From an uncultured beta proteobacterium (lineage in GTDB: Bacteria; Pseudomonadota; Gammaproteobacteria; Burkholderiales; SG8-41), in contig CAISYC010000045.1 of assembly GCA_903889565.1 (NCBI GenBank), positions 67,192-131,191 of the forward strand: a DNA stretch of 64,000 bases, read 5' to 3'. Both the position numbers and the translations under genes were made by a program. Positions 18,352 to 27,114 of the stretch are shown piece after piece. The notes under the pieces were generated by a model that was not told the DNA's origin, did not search any database, and saw only the letters and a list, made by a program, of their open reading frames with translations. Position 1 is the first letter of the stretch; each line of letters starts with the position of its first letter.

Positions 18352-19242
18352 TTACCCGCGCGGATGATGTTTGGCGTGCAGTTGCTTCAGGCGTTCGCGC
18401 GCAACGTGCGTATAAATCTGCGTGGTTGAAATATCCGAATGCCCGAGCAGCATCTGCACCACGCGCAGATCGGCGCCGTGATTAAGCAGATGGGTGGCGA
18501 AGGCGTGGCGCAGCGTGTGCGGAGAAATTGCCTTCCTCAATCCGGCAAGCAGCGCATAGCGTTTGAGCAGATGCCAGAACGACTGGCGCGTCATTGCCGC
18601 CGCGCGCGCGGTGACGAACAAGGCGTCCGCGCTGCGCCCGCCCAAAATCAACGGGCGCGCGTCTTTGAGATAACGCCGCACCCACGCCAGCGCCTCTTCG
18701 CCAAGCGGCACCAGACGCTCTTTCGAGCCCTTGCCGAGGATGCGCACCACACCCATGTCCTGGCTGACCTGCGCGGCTTTCAGCGTTACCAGTTCGGACA
18801 CGCGCAGACCGCTGGCATAAAGCACTTCAAGCATCGCGCGGTCGCGCAGGCCAAGCGGGTCTTCGACCGCCGGCGCGGCCAGCAGTTTTTCGACGTCGTC
18901 CTCGGTCAGACTCTTCGGCAGGCCGCGCGGCAGCTTGGGCGCGTCGATATCGAGACTGGGATCGGCTGTTATTTTGTTCTGGCGCAGCGCGTATTGGTAA
19001 AAGCGTTTCAGGCTCGACAACAGGCGGCTAGTGCTGGTGGCCTTGGCGCGGGCGGCAACCTTGTGCGCCAGATAAGCAAGCAGATCGCTGTGTGCTGCTT
19101 CAAGCAAGCTGCGGCCATGCGACCTCGCAAGCCAGGCCTGAAACTGCGTCAGGTCGCGCCGATAGCTGTCGAGCGTGTTGCGCGAAAGACCGTCCTCCAG
19201 CCACAGCGCGTCGCAGAATTCGTCGAGCAGATCATCCGGCAT
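18352..19242 (-). CDS. xerD: site-specific tyrosine recombinase XerD
   Basis: FCDALWLEDGLSRNTLDSYRRDL N-terminus and catalytic RHAFATHLL...LLGHSDISTTQIYTHV. ATG at 19242 overlaps the ogt stop. Confidence 0.9.
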   Translation of the reverse strand: MPDDLLDEFCDALWLEDGLSRNTLDSYRRDLTQFQAWLARSHGRSLLEAAHSDLLAYLAHKVAARAKATSTSRLLSSLKRFYQYALRQNKITADPSLDIDAPKLPRGLPKSLTEDDVEKLLAAPAVEDPLGLRDRAMLEVLYASGLRVSELVTLKAAQVSQDMGVVRILGKGSKERLVPLGEEALAWVRRYLKDARPLILGGRSADALFVTARAAAMTRQSFWHLLKRYALLAGLRKAISPHTLRHAFATHLLNHGADLRVVQMLLGHSDISTTQIYTHVARERLKQLHAKHHPRG

Positions 19243-19774
19243 GTTCGTGCGCGAGCAGCCATTGTTTGATCGCGATCGGCGCGCCGCCGCGCGCATGCAT
19301 GAAACCGCCGATACCGCCGGCCGCCACCACGCGGTGGCATGGAATCACCAGCGGAATGCGATTGGCGCCGCAGGCGCCGCCGACCGCGCGCGGCGCGCTG
19401 CCGATGCTGCGCGCAATCTCGCCATAGGTCAGCGTGCGGCCCCCCGGAATTTTGCAGATGGCCTGCCACACCCGCCGGCGGAACGCTGTGCCGTTAATTT
19501 GCAACGGCAAATCAAATGCAAATTCCGGATCATCGAGATAACGCCCGATCTGGCGACAGGCCTCTTCGGCCACTCGATTGAGCGGCGCCAGCGTCGCCGC
19601 GCCGCGCGGCAGGTACTCGATGTCCGTCAGCAGGTTGCCCGCAGTGCGTATACCGAGCACGGCGAACGGCGTCGCCACGCGCGCCTGGAATGACGGCAGC
19701 CGGGGCAGCGCAGGTTCGGCGATACCGCGCCGGCCGGAAAACGGATAAACAGCGTCGCGGTCACGCCGCAGCAT
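19232..19774 (-). CDS. ogt: methylated-DNA--protein-cysteine methyltransferase
   Basis: PCHRVV active site and TYGEIA helix. The start is uncertain: track start 19774, or GTG 19678 giving VATPFAVLGI. Confidence 0.85.
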   Translation of the reverse strand: MLRRDRDAVYPFSGRRGIAEPALPRLPSFQARVATPFAVLGIRTAGNLLTDIEYLPRGAATLAPLNRVAEEACRQIGRYLDDPEFAFDLPLQINGTAFRRRVWQAICKIPGGRTLTYGEIARSIGSAPRAVGGACGANRIPLVIPCHRVVAAGGIGGFMHARGGAPIAIKQWLLAHEHAG

Positions 19775-21875
19775 GGCCCGCAGGCTTGTGCATTTTCTGG
19801 ATGGCGATGGCGACCGCGATCAGCGCGATGCCGACGTAATCCAGAAACTCCGTCGGGTACATCAAGGCGAGCCCCGCAATGATCAACAGCCAGCGCACCG
19901 GCGCCGAAGTCTTGCGGAACAACCAGTTCTGCACGCCGGCGGCCAGCGCAGCGATGCCGATCATTGCGGTGATGCTGACCAGCGCGATCTGGCCCCAGGG
20001 CGCCTGCGCAAGATTCTTGAATGAGCCCATCAGCAGCAGTCCGAGGCCCGACGGATCGAGCACGAACATGAACGGCACCAGGAACGCCGGCATGGTGTAC
20101 TTCCACGACTGCAGCGTGGTCTTGTACGGGTCGCCGCCGGTGATCGCCGCCGCCGCAAACGGCGACAGCGCGGTCGGCGGCGATACTTCCGACAGCACCG
20201 CGTAATAGAAGATGAACATGTGCGCCGCGTAATCGGCGACGCCGAGCTGGATCAACGCCGGCGCCGCGATCACCGCGCAAATGATATAGCTGGCGGTGAC
20301 CGGCACGGCGAGGCCGACGATCCACACGATCAGCGACGTGAAAAGCGCCGTCATCAGCAACTGCACCTGATGCACCAGGCTCGCGCTCTGGTCGAACCCC
20401 ATCGTCACCATCAGGCCGACGATCGCGTGCGTACACGACTCCGCGTACTGCAGGACGATCGAGCTGAATTTCAGACCGAGCCCGGTCAGCGTCACCACAC
20501 CGACGATGATGCCGGCGGCAGCGCAGGTCGCGCCAACGCTCAGCATGCCGACCGAGCCGGCTTCGAGCGCCTTGATCAGGCCGGAATTGCGGAAAAGTTC
20601 GGTGCGTCGACCCGCACCGGCGGCACGGAATGCGTCGTAGGGAATCAGCGCGCATTCGACATGCAGGAAACTGCACAGGAAGGACACCGCGGTGGCCCAG
20701 AACACCGACACCGCCGGCGAAAAGCCGATCACCATGAAGAATATGATCGCGATCAGCGACAGGAAATGAAACCAGTAATTGCGCGTGAGCACGCCGATCG
20801 TCGCGTGCTTTTCGATAATGACATTCGGCATGCCGAACTTGCGTGCGTCGATCTCGACCATCAGGAACAGCGCGAAGTAGTAGAGCAAGGTCGGTATCGT
20901 CGCCATTAATATGACGTCGAGATAGGAGATGTTGAGAAACTGCGCAATCAGGAACGCCGCGGCGCCCAGCACCGGCGGCGAAATAATCGCGCCGAGGCCG
21001 CCGGCGGCGAGCAGTCCACCCGCGGCCTCCTTGCCGTAGCCGGCTTTCATCAGCATCGGATAGGCGACCGTGCCCAGCGTCACGGTGGTCGCCACGCCGC
21101 TGCCGGAAGGGCCGCCCAGCAGGAAGGAGGCCAGCACGATGGTGCGCCCCGCGCCGGTCGGCTTGCCGCCCATCGCTGCAAACGAAAAATCGATGAAAAA
21201 TTTGCCGGCGCCCGAATACTGCAGGAAGGCGCCGTAAATCGTGAACAGGATGATCAGCGAGGATGAAACGTCGATGGCAACGCCGAAAATACCCTCCAGC
21301 GTCATGTACATGTGGCCGACGATGCGGCCGATATCCTGGCCGAAATGCGTCCACGGCGGCGGCAGATACTGGCCGGTCAGCGCGTAGACGAGAAAGATCA
21401 CGCAGATAAACGGCATGATCCAGCCCGAAGTGCGGCGCGCCGCTTCGAGCACCAGCAGGATCAGGGCGACGCCGAGTATCTTGTCCCACAGCGTCGGCTC
21501 GATCGCACGCTCGAGAAAGGCGTCGCCGCCGAACAGCATGTTGCCGACAATGACGAGGGACAATGCCGCCGCCAGCCAGTCCCACCAGCACACGCGGTGA
21601 CGAAAACGCTTGGCAATCGGGAATAGCAGAAAGCCGAGAAAAAGCACGAAAGCGACGTGGATGCCGCGCAACACATGCGTCGGCATGGTGGCATAGGCGG
21701 CGTAGAGGTGAAACAGCGACATGATCACCGCGAGCGCGGTGGTGATGGTGCCGAGCGCGCCGGGCAGCTTGTTGATCGCGCCTTCTTCTTCTTCGATGTA
21801 CTCTTCGGCTTTTTTCAGCGCCTCCTCGGATATGACCGCTTCATCCGGGTACTGCGGTTTCGAGTTGTCGCTCAT
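19761..21875 (-). CDS. TRAP transporter fused permease (TAXI-type 4TM/12TM fusion)
   Basis: About 700 aa and highly hydrophobic, directly downstream of a TAXI binding-protein gene. Start taken at ATG 21875 (MSDNSKPQ) with GGGGAAGCAGG upstream. Confidence 0.85.
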   Translation of the reverse strand: MSDNSKPQYPDEAVISEEALKKAEEYIEEEEGAINKLPGALGTITTALAVIMSLFHLYAAYATMPTHVLRGIHVAFVLFLGFLLFPIAKRFRHRVCWWDWLAAALSLVIVGNMLFGGDAFLERAIEPTLWDKILGVALILLVLEAARRTSGWIMPFICVIFLVYALTGQYLPPPWTHFGQDIGRIVGHMYMTLEGIFGVAIDVSSSLIILFTIYGAFLQYSGAGKFFIDFSFAAMGGKPTGAGRTIVLASFLLGGPSGSGVATTVTLGTVAYPMLMKAGYGKEAAGGLLAAGGLGAIISPPVLGAAAFLIAQFLNISYLDVILMATIPTLLYYFALFLMVEIDARKFGMPNVIIEKHATIGVLTRNYWFHFLSLIAIIFFMVIGFSPAVSVFWATAVSFLCSFLHVECALIPYDAFRAAGAGRRTELFRNSGLIKALEAGSVGMLSVGATCAAAGIIVGVVTLTGLGLKFSSIVLQYAESCTHAIVGLMVTMGFDQSASLVHQVQLLMTALFTSLIVWIVGLAVPVTASYIICAVIAAPALIQLGVADYAAHMFIFYYAVLSEVSPPTALSPFAAAAITGGDPYKTTLQSWKYTMPAFLVPFMFVLDPSGLGLLLMGSFKNLAQAPWGQIALVSITAMIGIAALAAGVQNWLFRKTSAPVRWLLIIAGLALMYPTEFLDYVGIALIAVAIAIQKMHKPAGHAAA

Positions 21876-21899
21876 CGTGGCCTGCTTCCCCGCTAAACT

Positions 21900-21923
21900 G
21901 GGCGGCATCATAGCATGCCGCCC
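21900..21923 (-). promoter_or_regulatory. intercistronic stem-loop between the TAXI binding-protein gene and the permease gene
   Basis: GGGCGGCAT-(6 nt)-ATGCCGCCC forms a perfect 9-bp stem in the 114-nt spacer. There is no strong U-tract, so it is more likely an mRNA-stability or attenuation element than a full terminator. Confidence 0.35.
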
Positions 21924-21989
21924 CCATCACACCGTCTGCCACGGCAGCCCGTTCCGCGCGTAGCGGAGGCTTGCTCGCTGCCGTAACCG

Positions 21990-22955
21990 CTAGGGAAGCT
22001 TGACGCCTTTCTCGGCGAAATACTTTTTCGCGCCGGGATGAAACGGCACCACCGCCGCGCCCGGCGTCTGGTAGCGGAAATCGAAATTCTTCGCCTCGGC
22101 ATGCACGCGAACCAGATCGTCCTTGTGCTCGAAGACGGTCTTGACGATATCGTAGGCAAGCTGATCGCTCATCTTCGAGTCGGTGACCAGCACGTTCCAC
22201 ACCGTCGCAATCTGGTTCGGCGCGTCCTGGCCGGGATAGGCTTTTGCCGGTATCACGTCCTTCACGTAAAGCGGCCCGTACTTCTTCACCATCGCCTCGA
22301 TCGCGTCGGCATGATCGATCAGCTTGAGTTTCACGCCGGGCGTCGCGCCCAGATCGGTCACCGCCGGCGTCGGAATACCGCCGACCCAGAAAAATGCGTC
22401 GAGTTTGCCGTCCTTGATCGCGTCGGCCGATTTGCCCGGATCAAGCCGTTCGCGCACGATGTCTTTTTCCGGATCGATGCCGTACGCTTCAAGCACACGG
22501 TAGGCCATGATCTGCGTCGCGCTGTTGGGCGCGCCGGTGGACACGCGCTTGCCCTTGAGGTCCGCCATCTTGCTGATGCCCGTGCCCTCGACCGTCACCA
22601 CATGCATGCGATTGGGATACAGCACCATCAGCGCGCGCAGATCGACCGGCTTGCCCTGGAATTTCTGCTGCCCCTTGTAGGCGTCCCAGCCGGCGTCCGC
22701 CATGGTAAAACCGACCTGCGCCTTGCCCTGGTTGATCAGCAGCAGATTGGCCATCGAACCGTCGGTGGTGCCGGCGGTTGCGTTGAGGTTCGGCAAAAAT
22801 TTGGTCAGCACGTCGGCGAGCCCGCCGCCCAGCGGGTAATAGACGCCGGTTGTGGGGCCTGACGCGATAAAGATGTTGGTCTTTACCTGCGCCTGTGCGC
22901 CCAGCGCGCAAACCGCGGCAGCGGCCAGCGCGAGCAGTTTCATCACTGTTTTCAT
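21990..22955 (-). CDS. TAXI-family TRAP transporter solute-binding subunit
   Basis: Signal peptide MKTVMKLLALAAAAVCALGAQA followed by the TGVYYPLGGGLA motif. ATG 22955 has an AGGAGG RBS. Confidence 0.9.
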   Translation of the reverse strand: MKTVMKLLALAAAAVCALGAQAQVKTNIFIASGPTTGVYYPLGGGLADVLTKFLPNLNATAGTTDGSMANLLLINQGKAQVGFTMADAGWDAYKGQQKFQGKPVDLRALMVLYPNRMHVVTVEGTGISKMADLKGKRVSTGAPNSATQIMAYRVLEAYGIDPEKDIVRERLDPGKSADAIKDGKLDAFFWVGGIPTPAVTDLGATPGVKLKLIDHADAIEAMVKKYGPLYVKDVIPAKAYPGQDAPNQIATVWNVLVTDSKMSDQLAYDIVKTVFEHKDDLVRVHAEAKNFDFRYQTPGAAVVPFHPGAKKYFAEKGVKLP

Positions 22956-23037
22956 GAATCCTCCTTGGCTATTCTTTTTGCTGCGGTCATGCATGATACG
23001 GCGCTGCGGGAACGCCGCCAACCGCCATGTGAAGCGG

Positions 23038-23457
23038 CTATTTAGCGAACAGGCTGGCCATGTTCTTGAAGGCCTTGAATTCGAGCGCATTGCCGCAGGG
23101 ATCGAGGAAAAACATGGTCGCCTGCTCGCCGACCTGGCCCTTGAAACGAACATGCGGCTCGATCACGAATTTCGTGCCGGCGCGGCGCAATTTGTCGGCC
23201 AGCACATCCCACTGTTCCATCGTCAGCACGACGCCGAAATGCCGCACCGGCACATTGTCGCCGTCAACCGCGCTGGTATTGCGGTGACCAGCCTCGTCAG
23301 GGCACAGATGGGCGACGATCTGGTGACCGTAAAAATCGAAATCGACCCATTCGGGCGAGGAGCGCCCCTCGGGGCAGCCCATCAGGCCGCCGTAAAAGGC
23401 GCGCGCCTTGGCCAGATCATCGACCGGAAATGCCAGATGAAAGGGTTGCAGGGCCAT
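23038..23457 (-). CDS. VOC (glyoxalase/bleomycin-resistance/dioxygenase) family protein
   Basis: HLAFPVDDLAKARAFY...HFGVVL...DPCGNALEF are typical of the VOC fold. ATG at 23457. Confidence 0.8.
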   Translation of the reverse strand: MALQPFHLAFPVDDLAKARAFYGGLMGCPEGRSSPEWVDFDFYGHQIVAHLCPDEAGHRNTSAVDGDNVPVRHFGVVLTMEQWDVLADKLRRAGTKFVIEPHVRFKGQVGEQATMFFLDPCGNALEFKAFKNMASLFAK

Positions 23458-23611
23458 ATTGAAAATTCCATGTGAACGCAAAACCGGGCGCAAGTTTACC
23501 GCGTTCACCGCGACGCTGCGCGCCCGCCGGCCATTGCACGCGCCGCACGCGTGATAACATTCGCCCCTTTCGCTGCGCCCCGCGCGCGCGGTTTCCAGTC
23601 ACGGAGTTCGC

Positions 23612-24670
23612 ATGAAAATCCTCGTTCTGCCCGGCGACGGCATCGGCCCCGAAATCTCGCAAGCCACACTCACCGTGCTCGACCGCGCCAATGCGCTGTA
23701 CAGACTCGGCCTTGAATGGCAACGCGACGAAATCGGCTTCGTCACACTGAAAAAGGAGGGCACGACGCTGCCGCCGCGCGTGATGACCGCCGCGCGCGCC
23801 GCCGCCGGTGTATTGCTGGGTCCGGTATCGCACCTCGATTACCCGGACCGCGAACAGGGCGGCATCAACCCGTCGGGGGAGATGCGCACCAAGCTCGATC
23901 TCTATGCCAACATCCGCCCGGCACGCTCGCGGCTCGGCAACGGTCTCACCGGCAAGCCGGTTGATCTGATCATTTTCCGCGAATGTACCGAGGGCTTCTA
24001 CGCCGACCGCAACATGCACATGGGCATCGGCGAATTCATGCCGACCGAGGACATGGCAATGGCGGTGCGCCGAGTCACCGCCAAATGCTGCGAGCGCATC
24101 GCGCGCCGCGCCTTCGAATGCGCAATGACGCGCGGCAAAAAAATCACCGCCGTGCACAAGGCCAACGTGCTGCGCATTTCCGACGGCCTGTTTCTGCGCG
24201 AATTCCGCAAGGTGGCGAAGGATTTTCCGGAAGTTGCGGTCGATGAAAAGATTGTCGATGCGATGGCTGCACTGCTGGTGCGCGACCCGTCGAAGTTCGA
24301 CGTCATCGTCACCACCAACATGTTTGGCGACATTCTGTCGGATGAAGCCTCCGAGATTTCCGGCAGCCTCGGCCTTGCCGGTTCGGTGATGGCGGGCGAC
24401 GACCTGTGCGTAGCGCAGGCCCAGCACGGCTCCGCACCCGACATCGCCGGCCGCGATATCGCCAATCCGACCTCGCTGATCCTGTCAGCGGCGATGCTGC
24501 TCGAGTGGCTGGCGCGCCGCCACAACAACCCGGCGTTTGCCCAGGCCGCGCAGAAAATCGACGCCGCCATCGACGCCGCGATCAAGGATCCGGCCACCCG
24601 CACGCGCGACTTAGGCGGTACGCTGGGCACACAGGCCTTCGCCCAGAACGTCGCCGCGCGCCTCGGCTGA
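23612..24670 (+). CDS. isocitrate/isopropylmalate dehydrogenase-family oxidative decarboxylase (tartrate/D-malate dehydrogenase-like)
   Basis: MKILVLPGDGIGPEI, RECTEGFY and NMFGDILSD motifs. Confidence 0.85.
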   Translation: MKILVLPGDGIGPEISQATLTVLDRANALYRLGLEWQRDEIGFVTLKKEGTTLPPRVMTAARAAAGVLLGPVSHLDYPDREQGGINPSGEMRTKLDLYANIRPARSRLGNGLTGKPVDLIIFRECTEGFYADRNMHMGIGEFMPTEDMAMAVRRVTAKCCERIARRAFECAMTRGKKITAVHKANVLRISDGLFLREFRKVAKDFPEVAVDEKIVDAMAALLVRDPSKFDVIVTTNMFGDILSDEASEISGSLGLAGSVMAGDDLCVAQAQHGSAPDIAGRDIANPTSLILSAAMLLEWLARRHNNPAFAQAAQKIDAAIDAAIKDPATRTRDLGGTLGTQAFAQNVAARLG

Positions 24671-24738
24671 GCCGCAGTTACCGTTAAAATCCCCAATCCG
24701 CGCGGATTACCCCGCGCGCCAACGACACAGGAACCGTC

Positions 24739-25878
24739 ATGCCGAAAATCCAGTCCGTCTCCGTCAGCGTCGCGCGGGTTGCGCTCGACAACGTCACGTC
24801 CTTCGCCACGCGCACCGTCAGCGCGCGCGATTACTGCCTGGTCAAGGTGCGCTCGACCGCCGGCGTCGAAGGCATCGGCTTCTGCTACGTCGGCTCCGCC
24901 GGCGGCAATATCGCCAAGGTTGCCATCGAAGAACTGCTGGCGAAAAAGCTGATCGGCCAGGAATCGCTGCGGGTCGAAGGCCTGTGGCAGGAGATGTATT
25001 CCGAATCCATCCTGCAGGGGCGCGCGGGCAGCGTGATGCGCGCGATCTCGATACTCGACACCGCGATCTGGGACCTCAACGCGCGCAGCGCCAAGCTGCC
25101 GCTGTATCAGTACCTGGGCGCGAGCGCGAAGGACCGCGTGCCGGCCTACGCCAGCGGCGGTTATTACCTCGACGGCAAGACGCCGAAGAAACTCGGTCAG
25201 GAAATGGCCGGCTACGTCAAAGAAGGTTTCAAGGCGGTGAAGATGAAAGTCGGCCGCCTGACGCCGAAGGAAGAAGAAGCGCGCGTGCGCGCCGCGCGCG
25301 AAGCAATCGGTCCCGAGGTGCACCTGATGCTCGACGCCAACAACGCGTGGAGCGACCTGCCGACCGCGATGCGTTACATGGACCGCTACGACAAATACGA
25401 TCCGTACTGGATGGAAGAACCGTTCGGTCCGGATGAAATCGATCTGCACTCGCGCATGGCAGCGCTGACGCCGACCACCATCGCGACCGGCGAAATCGCC
25501 TGCGGCCGCTGGTACCACAAAGAGCTACTGGACAAGGGCGGCGCCGAGATTCTGCAGACGGATGCGGTGGTCTGCGGCGGCATCACCGAATGGAAACGCA
25601 TCGCGGCGACGGCAGCCAGCTATGGCGTGACCATGTGCCCGCACTGGTTCCACGATCTGCACGTGCATCTGGTGGCGGCAACACCGAACGCGCGCTATGT
25701 CGAGTTTTTCATCGACGACCAGGTGCTGAATTTCCGCCGCCTGATCGACACGCAATTGAAATACAAGGACGGCGACCTGCTGCTGCCGCAGACGCCGGGC
25801 CTCGGTTTCAATTTCGACGAAAAAGCCGTGAAGAAATACGCGCTCGACAAACAGCACGTCTGGACCACGATCAAGTAG
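24739..25878 (+). CDS. enolase-superfamily enzyme, mandelate racemase subgroup (acid-sugar/hydroxy-acid dehydratase type)
   Basis: KxK motif (VKMKVG) and metal-ligand contexts LDAN / MEEP / TGE. Confidence 0.85.
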   Translation: MPKIQSVSVSVARVALDNVTSFATRTVSARDYCLVKVRSTAGVEGIGFCYVGSAGGNIAKVAIEELLAKKLIGQESLRVEGLWQEMYSESILQGRAGSVMRAISILDTAIWDLNARSAKLPLYQYLGASAKDRVPAYASGGYYLDGKTPKKLGQEMAGYVKEGFKAVKMKVGRLTPKEEEARVRAAREAIGPEVHLMLDANNAWSDLPTAMRYMDRYDKYDPYWMEEPFGPDEIDLHSRMAALTPTTIATGEIACGRWYHKELLDKGGAEILQTDAVVCGGITEWKRIAATAASYGVTMCPHWFHDLHVHLVAATPNARYVEFFIDDQVLNFRRLIDTQLKYKDGDLLLPQTPGLGFNFDEKAVKKYALDKQHVWTTIK

Positions 25879-25980
25879 TTGTCGCAGCCTAGCCGGAAGG
25901 CGTGAAAAAATTCCGGGTTTGCTGCAGAGGGCAGTCCCGGAATACGCTGGGGTGATTCCGGGCTGCCGAACTCGCGCTTT

Positions 25981-26991
25981 TCAATTCGCCGCACCCGCCA
26001 ACTCACGCAACTGGCGCAGCGTCGCCTCCGGCACCGCGATACCGCTTTCTTCTGCGTCTGCTACCAGCTTGCGGCGCCGGGCGCCGGGCAACCTCACACC
26101 GTCGTCAGCAAGCATTGCCGCGAGCAGGGTTTCGATGCGCTCGTAATAAATATCCGCGCCGCCCAGCGCCGCCGGATCAATCGCGACGATGGCGTGGCCG
26201 AGCGAAGCGGGTTGACCGGGTTCGAAAAACGAATCGTTTTCAAAGCCGAAACGCGCGCCACTCAGCGCAACGCACAGGAGTTCAACCAGCAAGGCCAGCA
26301 TCACGCCTTTGACGCCGCCGATCGCGGCCATGCTGCCGGTCAGCGCGGCCTTGGCATCGGTGGTCGGGTTACCTGCCGCGTCGAACGCCCAACCCGGCGG
26401 AATCGGCTTGCCTTCTTTGGCCGCCAGCATGATCTTGCCCCGCGCCACTTCAGTCAGCGACAGATCGATCACCAGCGGCGCATCCGTTTTGCGCGGAAAT
26501 GCCGCCGCAACCGGATTGGTGCCGAACAACGGTCGCCGGCCGCCCCAGGCATTGATCGCCGCCGGCGAGTTGGTGAAACCCAGCGCAACCAGCCCCGCTT
26601 CAGCGAGCGGCGTGAGGTGATAATCCATCGCGCCGCAATGATGGCTGTTGGTAACGCCGCAGAAGGCGGCGCCCTGAACACGCGCGCGTTGTTTCGCTTC
26701 GCGCACCGCGAGTTCCATCGCGAGGTAAGCCAGTCCGCCCTGCGCGTCGATCAGGCAGGCCGCGGGCTTCTCATGCGCGATGCGCGGCGCGGCACGGCCA
26801 TTGGCGCGGCCGCTTTTCACATGTCCGGCGTACATCGCCACCCGCGACAAGCCGTGCCCGCCCTGCCCGGCCGCTTCCGCCGCCACCAGCGCACGCGCCG
26901 TTGCCGCGGCCATCGCCGGGGACGCGCCGGCATTTTCAAGCGCGCGCGCGACCAGCGCGATCAGTTCAGTCCGGGAAATGTTCAAATTCAA
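25981..26991 (-). CDS. Ldh2-family (malate/L-lactate/ureidoglycolate dehydrogenase type 2) oxidoreductase
   Basis: GHGLSRV..Y and NSHHCGA motifs. TTG start at 26991. Confidence 0.85.
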   Translation of the reverse strand: MNLNISRTELIALVARALENAGASPAMAAATARALVAAEAAGQGGHGLSRVAMYAGHVKSGRANGRAAPRIAHEKPAACLIDAQGGLAYLAMELAVREAKQRARVQGAAFCGVTNSHHCGAMDYHLTPLAEAGLVALGFTNSPAAINAWGGRRPLFGTNPVAAAFPRKTDAPLVIDLSLTEVARGKIMLAAKEGKPIPPGWAFDAAGNPTTDAKAALTGSMAAIGGVKGVMLALLVELLCVALSGARFGFENDSFFEPGQPASLGHAIVAIDPAALGGADIYYERIETLLAAMLADDGVRLPGARRRKLVADAEESGIAVPEATLRQLRELAGAAN

Positions 26992-27004
26992 ACAAGAAGC
27001 TTGT

Positions 27005-27110
27005 CAACCACAGCGGACGCAGAGATCTCCGAGAAAAGCAAAAAGAATTCAAAAGCAATGCTGTCATTGGCTTTCCATCTCCGTGAACTCTGTGTCCTCT
27101 GTGGCTGTTG
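27005..27110. repeat. REP/MITE-like imperfect palindromic element (copy A)
   Basis: Inverted pair of a 28-nt unit. The right arm (27078-27105) reads TCTCCGTGAACTCTGTGTCCTCTGTGGC; the left arm (27009-27035) is its imperfect reverse complement (22/27 matches). The A-rich loop lies between them. The element fills the Bug-to-Ldh2 intergenic spacer. Confidence 0.75.
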
Positions 27111-27114
27111 GTTC

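Noticed and set aside
18352-19242. Tyrosine recombinase as a marker of a mobile element or prophage
   Set aside because: The sequence and its context (overlapping ogt, next to folB and plsY) fit the housekeeping XerD chromosome-dimer resolvase. There is no associated mobile cargo.
27005-27110. Possible CRISPR array from the repeated 28-nt units
   Set aside because: There are only two loci, and each is an inverted (palindromic) pair rather than direct repeats with regular spacers. No cas genes are present.
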